Part shown: one piece after another, positions 16,870-24,750 of the stretch
Position numbering within the stretch: position 1 is the stretch's first letter
How the letters are laid out: every line of letters starts with the position of its first letter
Origin: Candidatus Sulfobium sp.
GTDB taxonomy: Bacteria > Nitrospirota > Thermodesulfovibrionia > Thermodesulfovibrionales > UBA6898
Reading direction: 5' to 3'
Assembly (NCBI GenBank): GCA_037380845.1
Contig: JARRRI010000058.1
Coordinates: 4,472 to 29,221 of the forward strand
DNA: 24,750 bases
The notes under the pieces: model-generated
What the model was told of the DNA's origin: nothing
Seen by the model: the letters and a program-made list of their open reading frames with translations, nothing else
The model's database searches: none
Made by a program: the position numbers and the translations under genes

Positions 16870-17982
16870 TCACTGATATTCAGCCGCTTTAAGAGGGCCC
16901 TTCCTATGATTTTCGACTACATGGAGCAAGAATATTTCATACTGCTTCGCTATTCTGTCCCAGGTAAAGTTCCCGGCATACTCGCGCCCCTTCCGCCCCA
17001 TCTCCAGCCTTAATGCCTCGTTGCCGAGGATAAACGTAATTTTTTTCGCCAGGTCCTTCTCATCGCCGACCCTGAAGGAAAGTCCGAAACCGGCATCTAC
17101 GGCATAACGCAACTCAGGGATGTCACTAACAATCACCGGTCTGCCGCAGGCGGCCGCTTCAAGCACAACGATCCCCTGACCCTCGTATCGCGAGGGAAGC
17201 ACTAACACTGCGGAGTCATTAATATATCGCCTTTTCGCCTCTTCAGCCAGGAAGCCCTTGAAATCAATCCTGTCTTCAAGCCCCGGAACACTTGCGGCCC
17301 GCATCAACTTGTCCTCGTCTTTGCCTCTTCCGACAATTGCAAGCTTGCTCCCTTCTATTTCCTTCATTGCATTCAGCAGGGTGTCGAGCCCTTTGTTATG
17401 GAGGTGAATTCTTCCGACATATGATATGTAATTTCCTTCACCTGCCCCGGCCTCATAAACCCAGTCTATCCCATTCGGGATGACGGCGGAGTGGCGCATG
17501 CCGAATTTCTTCCTGCTCGCCTCCGAAACGCAGATGGCATTTTTGAAAAGCCTGGGATAATATCTCTCCAAAAGAACAAACGGAAGTCCACAGAGGAAAT
17601 AGCGTCTTATCAGGTTCATGCCTTCTTTGTGATGGACCTGAATAAGAGTCGGCGTCTTCACAAACATAGCCGAAGGCAGAGGATTATAGGGAGCAAAATC
17701 CTCAACGACTACGTCGACTTTTCCGGCCTCTTTGAGCAGAAATGAAGATGCCGCACAGGCATAGGTGAAAGTGCTGAGTACATAATTGTCCCTGCCGGTC
17801 CCGACGAACCTGAATCTGAGGTTTCCTTCACTGTAATCGGACGCCCCGGGGTATCTGCCAGAGACGACTGTTATGTCGTTCCTGTCGGCCAATCTCTTAT
17901 AAATCTCGCACACTCTCACAGCTCCCCCGCCGCCTACCCAGGGGTTATCGATGTGGTCATAGATGAAGTGGAGAATTTTCAC
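16870..17982 (-). CDS. Glycosyltransferase family 4
   Basis: GGGA, VIPNGID, YVGRI...KGLDTL, and PSRYEGQGIVVLEAAACGRPVIVSD (EX7E motif). Confidence 0.93.
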   Translation of the reverse strand: MKILHFIYDHIDNPWVGGGGAVRVCEIYKRLADRNDITVVSGRYPGASDYSEGNLRFRFVGTGRDNYVLSTFTYACAASSFLLKEAGKVDVVVEDFAPYNPLPSAMFVKTPTLIQVHHKEGMNLIRRYFLCGLPFVLLERYYPRLFKNAICVSEASRKKFGMRHSAVIPNGIDWVYEAGAGEGNYISYVGRIHLHNKGLDTLLNAMKEIEGSKLAIVGRGKDEDKLMRAASVPGLEDRIDFKGFLAEEAKRRYINDSAVLVLPSRYEGQGIVVLEAAACGRPVIVSDIPELRYAVDAGFGLSFRVGDEKDLAKKITFILGNEALRLEMGRKGREYAGNFTWDRIAKQYEIFLLHVVENHRKGPLKAAEYQ

Positions 17983-19019
17983 TCTAAAGACGCTTCTCCG
18001 GATTTTCCCCTGACAAAATCCAGGAACCCTTGCACGAAGGCCTTGAGATTACGGGGCTGCCCTTTCAGGCACCTGACCAGTGCGAACTTAAAGAGATAAG
18101 AGAAGGGAACCAGAAATGCCAGCGCAGGATGAAACTTCCAGGTGAAGAAAAGACCATTTCTCGTCCAGTAGTAGTCGGTCAAGCGGTTTATACCCCCAGT
18201 GGTACCGCCTTCCTTGTGCCAGACTTTGCTACCGGGGCAGTAAACCAGCCTGTATTTCTTGCGCCTCGCCCTCATTCCCCAGTCGACATCCTCCCAATAA
18301 AGAAAATAGCTGTCATCCATTAGTCCGATATCTTCCACGACCTCCCTTCTCACAAGAAGACTTGCACCGCAGACGTAGCTCAATTCGACAGGATTGTCCC
18401 AATTTCCATCGTCCTTCTGGTCCTGCGCCAGGGGAGCTGCATTCCCCAGCCAGGAATATATCCTGCCACCACCCGCAGATTGAAGGACATCAGGCCGTCC
18501 ATGGTAAAGCAACTTGGACCCTGCCATTCCTATGACATTGTCTTCCTCCATCACGCTTATCATTTCCGCTAGGGCGTCTTTTGCAATCACGGTATCATTA
18601 TTCAGAATCCATATGTAAGAACATTCCTTTTGTTGCAGCACATATTTCAGAGCGATATTATTTCCTCCAGCAAAACCTGCATTGCTCCCGGTCTGAATAA
18701 ATATCAGGGGATTATGCATATATTTTGAGCCGGTTTCTTTATTTTTGGCAATGTCTTCCTTTTCGGCCATTGCCCGGTCAAATCTGACGAACGGGATCGG
18801 TTTATTGCTGTCGAACTCGAAGAATCTGCCCGAAACAATCATCCTGCCTTCCGCCCAATTCCTGATCATCTGCTCCGAACGGTCCGATGAAGCATTATCA
18901 ACGCATATTACCTGGAAATTCGGGTAACTGTTTTGATATACACTCTCGAGACACTCCACAGTGTCTCTCCAGTTGTTCCAGTTAAGAATAATGATATAGA
19001 CCTTGGGGAAATCTGCCAT
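17979..19019 (-). CDS. Glycosyltransferase family 2 (GT2_like_c/WbbL-like)
   Basis: IIILNWN, VDNASSD, NAGFAGGNN, ILNNDT, GASLL and YFLYWEDVDW. The start was moved to MADFPKV to avoid overlap with the upstream gene. Confidence 0.9.
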   Translation of the reverse strand: MADFPKVYIIILNWNNWRDTVECLESVYQNSYPNFQVICVDNASSDRSEQMIRNWAEGRMIVSGRFFEFDSNKPIPFVRFDRAMAEKEDIAKNKETGSKYMHNPLIFIQTGSNAGFAGGNNIALKYVLQQKECSYIWILNNDTVIAKDALAEMISVMEEDNVIGMAGSKLLYHGRPDVLQSAGGGRIYSWLGNAAPLAQDQKDDGNWDNPVELSYVCGASLLVRREVVEDIGLMDDSYFLYWEDVDWGMRARRKKYRLVYCPGSKVWHKEGGTTGGINRLTDYYWTRNGLFFTWKFHPALAFLVPFSYLFKFALVRCLKGQPRNLKAFVQGFLDFVRGKSGEASLE

Positions 19020-19068
19020 TAGCCGACAAACCGATGTTCGACTGCCGGGAGCACAATTGGTTGCCTGA

Positions 19069-19968
19069 TCATAGGTCGAACCTGTTGAGAGCCCCATCAA
19101 ACAGCCCCCTGAAAATATTTGCGACTTTCCTCGCCTTATTTGACTCAAGCAGGATGACCTTCATCACTTCCTTGATAAAAGAAACCATGTCCAGATATAT
19201 GAACCAGAAGTTCTTCCAGTAATTCCTGTAGATATAAACCCGGTTGCGGGCCATATAGTACCACCTTTCAGGCGGATGATTCGTAGGGGTCAGTCTGCCG
19301 CCCAGAAACTTTATCTGGCTCATTTTACCGAGTCTGTGGCCAAGCAATGCCTCACAGGCCACAATAATACGGTATTTCCTGTTCCTCAATCTGAGACAAA
19401 ATTCGTAATCTATGCAGTCGATAAAAAATCTGGACTGAAAAAGCCCGACTTCTCTGAATACAGAAGCTTTCGTCATGCTGCCGGATGTTATGACGATGTC
19501 AGGCTCTATAAATCTCTTATTTCCGCAGCAGATTGTGAATTTGAAACTTCCGAATTTAAAAAAGGAAGGCTCGAAGGTTGCGCTTCTATCCACAGGCTTT
19601 GGAGCCACCACAGCTACATTTTCTTTATGCGATAGATCTTCATACACAGACAGCATTTTATTCACCATATCTGCCGCCGGATAGCTGTCGTGGTCCAGCG
19701 TCAATATCCAGTCGGCACCCAGCGAAAGGCCGAGTTCCACCCCCTGGTTCAGTGCATGGGCAAGCCCCACGTTCCGTTCGTTTCTGATAATCGAAACTCT
19801 GGACGAATTTTTATTTGCAAGTGTCTCAAGAATGCCTATTGTAACAGCTTCGGAACCGTTGTCTATGACAATAAGGTGGTCCACCTGGCCGAGGATGCCT
19901 GCAACAGATTCGGCCACACTCTTCCCGGTGTTGTAAGTGACAATAACCGCACAGACTTTTCTTTCCAT
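19069..19968 (-). CDS. Glycosyltransferase family 2, rhamnosyltransferase-like (RfbF family)
   Basis: AVIVTYN, IDNGS, NVGLAHALNQG, LDHDS, ITSGS, FFIDCIDYEFCLR and YYMARN. Start at MERKV. Confidence 0.9.
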   Translation of the reverse strand: MERKVCAVIVTYNTGKSVAESVAGILGQVDHLIVIDNGSEAVTIGILETLANKNSSRVSIIRNERNVGLAHALNQGVELGLSLGADWILTLDHDSYPAADMVNKMLSVYEDLSHKENVAVVAPKPVDRSATFEPSFFKFGSFKFTICCGNKRFIEPDIVITSGSMTKASVFREVGLFQSRFFIDCIDYEFCLRLRNRKYRIIVACEALLGHRLGKMSQIKFLGGRLTPTNHPPERWYYMARNRVYIYRNYWKNFWFIYLDMVSFIKEVMKVILLESNKARKVANIFRGLFDGALNRFDL

Positions 19969-20067
19969 TGGGCACAATGCCAAACCCTGCCAGCCAAAGC
20001 TCACTCTTTTTTTGAACAAAGAACGGTGCCTGTCAAAGAAATGCCGTCCATTTCAGCATCCCGGGAA

Positions 20068-20271
20068 TCATTTCTTGATCCTATCCAGAAAAAGATAAAC
20101 CTTCATTGCTTTGTTATACAATCTTTCACCAAAAAAGGAAAGAAGGAGGCCGATCCAGGACTTCGCCTCACGGGAAATGTCATGACCGCCAACCGCTTCA
20201 AATTCAAGACAGGTCCTAGACGGATGCCTTACCAGGTACTTGACGGCATCCAGAAGGAACGTTCGTCCCAT
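20068..20271 (-). pseudogene. Short (67 aa) probable chimeric remnant ORF
   Basis: Good SD (GAGAGGA) before ATG 20271 and co-oriented with the cluster. The C-terminal half (KSWIGLLLSFFGERLYNKAMKVYLFLDRIKK) resembles an amphipathic basic GT2 tail with no catalytic domain. Confidence 0.45.
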
Positions 20272-20315
20272 TAATGTCCTCTCACATGTCATCCTTTGCC
20301 ACTTTCACCTTTCGA

Positions 20316-21203
20316 TTACTCAGGAGGACAAAGAGGATAGAAAACCCTTCTATATAAATCTACAATGCCGTTTAGTCTGAGAATCTTCAGAAAAAGACCT
20401 ATCCTCTTTTCCATCATCTGCAAACGGCAAACGACAATCCTCCTCTTGACCATTCCGCTATACCGCGGGGGAAGAGATGCACTGACAAACCTATAAACCT
20501 CAATCGCTTTTTTTAGCTGCTGAATGCGCTTCTCAGAAGACCATATTCCGCCCGAATGAACCCTATAGGTGCCCATGACGCCGGTAATATAGCCTATATC
20601 GCCGTGCTGGGCATTCAAGAGGTGTAACGGCCAGTCTGCCAGCGGAGCGAGATGGAACCACTCAGGGAACTCATTAAACAGTCCACGCCGGAACATCACC
20701 GAACACGTGTGCATGAAATTACCTTTCAGGAGGTGTTCAAGCGTATAAGTTTTCTTTTGACCCGGAGGCATTGCAATCCCTATGAATTGACTTTCGTCTT
20801 CAAGTATAACCCTGACATCATGAAAACACATTGCATAATCAGGATGGCTGTCGAGAAAATCGGCCTGTTTCTGCAATTTATCCGGCGAAGTCCAGTAGTC
20901 ATCACCGTCAAGAAGCGCGATATAGTCCCCCCTGGCGTTTCTTAAGTTGTTCATAAAGTTCCACCTGCCGGTGGGCCTGCCGTTGATATAGATCACATTC
21001 TTCCTGTCGTTAAGGAAAAGTCTTACCTTGTAAGGGTATTGTTCCTTATACTTTTTTACTATCTCCCGCGTACCATCGTTCGAATCATCCTCCCCAATGA
21101 TGATCTCGAAATCAAAATCGGTCTTCTGAATGAGGACACTTTCAAGGGCCTGGGAGATATAGTTCCCATGATTGTATGTAGTAATGCAAACACTGACCTT
21201 CAT
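20316..21203 (-). CDS. Glycosyltransferase family 2
   Basis: VSVCITTYNH, IIIGEDDSNDGT, YIALLDGDDYW...KLQKQ, DWPL and YRVHSGGIWS. Start at MKVSV. Confidence 0.92.
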   Translation of the reverse strand: MKVSVCITTYNHGNYISQALESVLIQKTDFDFEIIIGEDDSNDGTREIVKKYKEQYPYKVRLFLNDRKNVIYINGRPTGRWNFMNNLRNARGDYIALLDGDDYWTSPDKLQKQADFLDSHPDYAMCFHDVRVILEDESQFIGIAMPPGQKKTYTLEHLLKGNFMHTCSVMFRRGLFNEFPEWFHLAPLADWPLHLLNAQHGDIGYITGVMGTYRVHSGGIWSSEKRIQQLKKAIEVYRFVSASLPPRYSGMVKRRIVVCRLQMMEKRIGLFLKILRLNGIVDLYRRVFYPLCPPE

Positions 21204-21216
21204 ACCAGCATCACGC

Positions 21217-22422
21217 CTATACTGTTCGCTCCAGCATCCTGGTAATCCTATCGCCATTCGCCGTCAGAAACTTTATCAATTCGCACACACGACCAATATC
21301 TTCCTTGCCGACAGAGGTACCCGTCGGCAGACTCATAATCTCCGCTGCCAGACGCTCCGTCTCGGGGAGCAGCATTCCTGAGTTGGGGAAATATGATCGG
21401 TAAGGTTCCATCCTATGCGTCCCCGGGGAAAAGTATCTTCTGGCAAGTACGTTTTCCGCGCGAAGTATCTTCACCAAGCTGTCTCTGCTTATGCCTGCTG
21501 CCTTTTCGTCGACCCTGGAAACAACATACTGATAATTGGACTTCTCCTTTCCATTGTAAGTCACCATGTCAAAACCAGGCAGCCCTCCAAGTTCGCGCCT
21601 GTATAGCCTATAGTTCCTGCGGTTAGCAGAGATGACTTCATCGATGCCTTCGAGGGCGGTCAGCCCGGCGGCAGCGGAGACCTCGTTCATCTTGCCGTTT
21701 GTCCCTATGTAGATAACATTATCTAGTCCGGCAAAGCCGAAGTTTTTCATCAGGCGAATTTTGCCGGCCAGCTCATCATCGTTCGTAACTATAGCCCCGC
21801 CTTCAAATGAATTCAGGAACTTGGTAGCATGAAAGCTGAACACCTCGGCATTTCCGAAATTTCCCACCATCCTGCCCTGCCAGGAACATCCACAGGCATG
21901 GGCGGCATCAAACAGAAGCCGAAGCCGTCGCCGCCTCGCGATATCCTCAAGCTTCTCCGCATCGCAGGGCCTTCCCCACAAGTGCACACCTATAATGCCA
22001 GTCGTCCGCGGAGTTATGAGCTTTTCGACGCAGTCAGGGTTCAGGTTGTGGGTTTTGGGGTCGATATCACAAAACACAGGGGTAATCTCCTGCCACTGAA
22101 GGGCGTGGGCCGTCGCAACAAAAGTGAAGGAAGGGACTATAACTTCCCCTGTAAGCCCGGCCGCCCTGATAGCGATCTCCAGCGCTACCGTCCCGTTACA
22201 CATGCAGATACAGTGCTTTGCCCCCGTGAACTGCGCGATCTTTTTTTCGAACTCCCGTACATAGGGGCCGTTATTGGTAAGCCAGCGCCTGTCGAGGATG
22301 TCGTTGATTCTCTCAAGGAGACGTTTCCGGTCGGGAATATTCGGGCGGCCCACATGAAGAGCCATGTCGAAGGTGGGCTTTCCGCCAAAAATGGCAAGTT
22401 CTGACAGCTTTTTCTTAATCAC
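21217..22422 (-). CDS. DegT/DnrJ/EryC1/StrS aminotransferase; DesI/VioA-like dTDP-4-keto-6-deoxyglucose 4-aminotransferase
   Basis: LAIFGG...VGRPN, WLTNNGP, PSFTFVATAHAL, GVHLWGRPC, FDAAHA, FSFHATK (PLP lysine), EGGA, GTNGKM and SLPTG. This closely follows the DesI pattern. Confidence 0.93.
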   Translation of the reverse strand: MIKKKLSELAIFGGKPTFDMALHVGRPNIPDRKRLLERINDILDRRWLTNNGPYVREFEKKIAQFTGAKHCICMCNGTVALEIAIRAAGLTGEVIVPSFTFVATAHALQWQEITPVFCDIDPKTHNLNPDCVEKLITPRTTGIIGVHLWGRPCDAEKLEDIARRRRLRLLFDAAHACGCSWQGRMVGNFGNAEVFSFHATKFLNSFEGGAIVTNDDELAGKIRLMKNFGFAGLDNVIYIGTNGKMNEVSAAAGLTALEGIDEVISANRRNYRLYRRELGGLPGFDMVTYNGKEKSNYQYVVSRVDEKAAGISRDSLVKILRAENVLARRYFSPGTHRMEPYRSYFPNSGMLLPETERLAAEIMSLPTGTSVGKEDIGRVCELIKFLTANGDRITRMLERTV

Positions 22423-23423
22423 AGATTAAGCTCTTCTCCGGAAAATTCCTTGTAAGCTTTCATGACCCTTTTTAACTCTTCCCCCGAAAGAGTAAGTTCG
22501 TTTGCCGCCTTAAAGCTCCCAGGTCCAGTATAAGAACTGTCTATCTCGTAGCCCTGCGCCGAAAGCTTATCCGCTATCTGCCCGAATGTCCGTAAGGGGT
22601 TTTCGCAGAACTCTTCATATCTTACCTCAAGCGATCTTGACTGTTCTAACTTTCCAAGCTCACCTTCGATTTCGCGATTTGTATAGTACACCTGTCCGGC
22701 GACTTGCTCGTAGGGAGCCATATCTTTTAACATCTCGTATTCCTTCGGTTTAGCCGAATACCACTTGTCAATCGTTCCGTAGAACTTAATCCTGGCTCCA
22801 AGAAGAGACTGAATGTTATACAGGGGATTCCGCCTGGTAAATACGAAGAGCACCTTTTCGAACATGCTCGCAAGAAAAGGGATGTTAAACTGCAATATCA
22901 AACCCTTCATGACAAATGGTTTGTCGAAAATGGATTCAATGGCAGCAAGTTCAGCCAGAAATCTCTTGCTGTCCATCTTCTCAAGCATTTTCTCATTCAC
23001 AAACTCAAGTTCGGCGTTTGGAGTGAAACGCCGCCAGAAGTACCAGAACTCGTTTGGTGCAAGCGCCCCCTTCGTTTTACCGAGAACCGAGACAAAAGAG
23101 ACTTCGCCGCTGAAATCAAGTATCTCGTCCCTGAAGTTATATTCCGGCGATGCCAGAAGTTGCTGAATTTTAGCCCCGATATAAGGTGCACCGTAGAATC
23201 TCGAAAGTATGTTGGTAGGATAAGCGAGCTTCCCCAGGCTGGCAAGCCACTGCATCATCAAAGTAGTTCCGCTCCTCGGCGCTCCGACCACCAGGATTAC
23301 CGGATATTTCGGGCTTCGGAACCTGGAGATTATTTTCTCTTCTGCAGGCGCGAGCAAGTTGTTAAGCTCCTTTAATAAGCCTTCGAGGTTTTCATTTCGT
23401 CTGAATTCAGCCTGTCTGATCAT
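22419..23423 (-). CDS. PAPS-dependent sulfotransferase family protein
   Basis: 5'-PSB loop VGAPRSGTT, 3'-PB-like RRNPLYNIQS, and VRYEEFCENP. Start placed at MIRQAEF. Confidence 0.85.
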   Translation of the reverse strand: MIRQAEFRRNENLEGLLKELNNLLAPAEEKIISRFRSPKYPVILVVGAPRSGTTLMMQWLASLGKLAYPTNILSRFYGAPYIGAKIQQLLASPEYNFRDEILDFSGEVSFVSVLGKTKGALAPNEFWYFWRRFTPNAELEFVNEKMLEKMDSKRFLAELAAIESIFDKPFVMKGLILQFNIPFLASMFEKVLFVFTRRNPLYNIQSLLGARIKFYGTIDKWYSAKPKEYEMLKDMAPYEQVAGQVYYTNREIEGELGKLEQSRSLEVRYEEFCENPLRTFGQIADKLSAQGYEIDSSYTGPGSFKAANELTLSGEELKRVMKAYKEFSGEELNL

Positions 23424-24468
23424 GACTGTCTTCCCCGGAGGAGGCCGCTCCTTCATGGTCATCCTTGTGATTGAGATCAATAATAGATCTGCACATGTCG
23501 ATCCTTTCTCCGCCCATCACCCCGTATTCTTTCATCATGATTATGCCCGAGCGGAACTCCCCTATTTTAGGTTCTACGGGTTCGCCACGCAACATGCCAA
23601 CAATTAGAGCCGGAAAATCGGCACCTGCAAGGTGGGACGAAGGATAACCTCCGCCAAATCGGGGATTTATTTCCATGATTGTTACCTTGCCATCGTGAAA
23701 AAAGCAGTCAACGTCCAGCGGACCCACATGACCCCGCTTCCCTAACTCCTTGCCCAGACGCAAACCATAGTCCATAAGTTCCGCCGATGAGCAAGTCTCA
23801 GCCTGATCGGTCTCTCCCGCCCTCATTGAAATTTTCCTTTTTGGAACAACAGCAAGCACATTGCCGGCCATATCATTACATATATCGAGATGATACTCCG
23901 GCAAACATAACCTTTGCTGTATGATCATATCGGGCACGTAGTTAAAGAAAAAAGTCAGCTCCTGAACATTTGCTACAAAAAAGATGTTATGGCTTCCGTA
24001 GCCAAACCGCTCCTTCACCACTAGCGGGAATGTCAATCTGCCAGAAGCCATAGCTGCCAGGCTTTCCTCGAGGGAACAAAAAGTTTCAAGGCAGTTGAAG
24101 CCATGCGCCTTAAGGAAAAGGAATGTCTGGTACTTGTCAAAACAAATATTGCTCACCTCTTTACTCGCCATTATTGGCATGACACCAAGTGAGCGAAATT
24201 CGTCAAGATGCCCGGAAAGAACGTTTATATCAGGATCAAAAAAAGACAGCATACCGGAGATATTCTTAAGTCTGCAAAGCTCGATCATGGCTGGAACATA
24301 CTCAGGACTTGAGATATCTGGTATAAGAACTCCAAAATCACAGGCACTGAAACCCGTCGTAAACTCAGAATTACTCGTACCTATAATCTGGTCGGAAGGT
24401 CTCAGATGAACTTTGAAGAAATCGGCTATATAGCCTCGCCTACCTATGCAAGAAAACAATATATTCAT
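23407..24468 (-). CDS. ATP-grasp domain protein (carbamoyl-phosphate synthase-like/PylC-like family found in glycan clusters)
   Basis: MNILFSCIGRR, ICFDKYQT, FPLVVKERFGYGS, MRAGETD and EINPRFGGGYP. Confidence 0.88.
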   Translation of the reverse strand: MNILFSCIGRRGYIADFFKVHLRPSDQIIGTSNSEFTTGFSACDFGVLIPDISSPEYVPAMIELCRLKNISGMLSFFDPDINVLSGHLDEFRSLGVMPIMASKEVSNICFDKYQTFLFLKAHGFNCLETFCSLEESLAAMASGRLTFPLVVKERFGYGSHNIFFVANVQELTFFFNYVPDMIIQQRLCLPEYHLDICNDMAGNVLAVVPKRKISMRAGETDQAETCSSAELMDYGLRLGKELGKRGHVGPLDVDCFFHDGKVTIMEINPRFGGGYPSSHLAGADFPALIVGMLRGEPVEPKIGEFRSGIIMMKEYGVMGGERIDMCRSIIDLNHKDDHEGAASSGEDSHDQTG

Positions 24469-24511
24469 GTTTTTTACTGTATCGACTTCTTACACCTCTC
24501 TCAAATATACA

Positions 24512-24750
24512 TCAAAAGATAAAGGTGGCAAGAATATCCTGAAGTTCCTGCCTGCGCCTTATAACTTCAAATTTGTCAAGCGATGCATTACAGGAAATGA
24601 TCGCAGGGCTCGTTTGTATAAAGGGTGGGGTTAAGACAATCGTATAAGCCCCTACATTGTCAAAAACAACGAAGTCACCCTCAGAAAGACTGCTCTCATA
24701 TCCCCTATATAAATAATCTTTCTCCATGCATGTATAGCCCACAATGTCAA
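24512..24750 (-). CDS. PLP-dependent group IV decarboxylase (LysA/diaminopimelate decarboxylase-like), C-terminal fragment
   Basis: DIVGYTCMEKD and GDFVVFDNVGAY. The frame runs off the window end. Confidence 0.8.
   Translation of the reverse strand, partial: DIVGYTCMEKDYLYRGYESSLSEGDFVVFDNVGAYTIVLTPPFIQTSPAIISCNASLDKFEVIRRRQELQDILATFIF

Noticed and set aside
19020..19148. Long N-terminal extensions given by the ORF track for this GT2 (similarly at 20019, 21257, 23480, 13724 and 16024)
   Set aside because: They overlap upstream genes or precede the domain start. Downstream starts fit SD position or family N-termini better.

Overview
Bacterial chromosomal window. Gene content and repeat style suggest Nitrospirota or a Desulfobacterota-like lineage (inference). 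Left end (+): a three-gene operon of a helical protein (5' truncated), an SPFH/band-7 protein with three double zinc ribbons, and a duplicated zinc-ribbon protein, resembling the ydjG/ydjI part of Psp-type envelope-stress systems. On the - strand: glnE, an oppABC-type peptide ABC transporter with no ATPase gene here, a disrupted uvrA, and an operon of a polyprenol-phosphate GT2, a membrane protein and a type IV pilin. The right ~10 kb is a surface-glycan cluster: GT9, an inverted SAM methyltransferase, GT4, three GT2s, a DesI/VioA-type aminotransferase, a sulfotransferase, an ATP-grasp enzyme and a LysA-like decarboxylase (truncated by the window edge). Notable points: (i) two bipartite 7-bp tandem-repeat modules inserted in frame in uvrA, with related and nested small repeats in most intergenic gaps; (ii) three abrupt deletion-like junctions (uvrA, GT9, a chimeric 67-aa ORF) that may be real decay or assembly artefacts; (iii) five operon-leading genes with a -10 box 5-9 nt before the ATG, suggesting leaderless mRNAs; (iv) a repeat-derived ORF coupled at both ends between oppB and oppC. 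No rRNA, tRNA, CRISPR or transposase was recognised.
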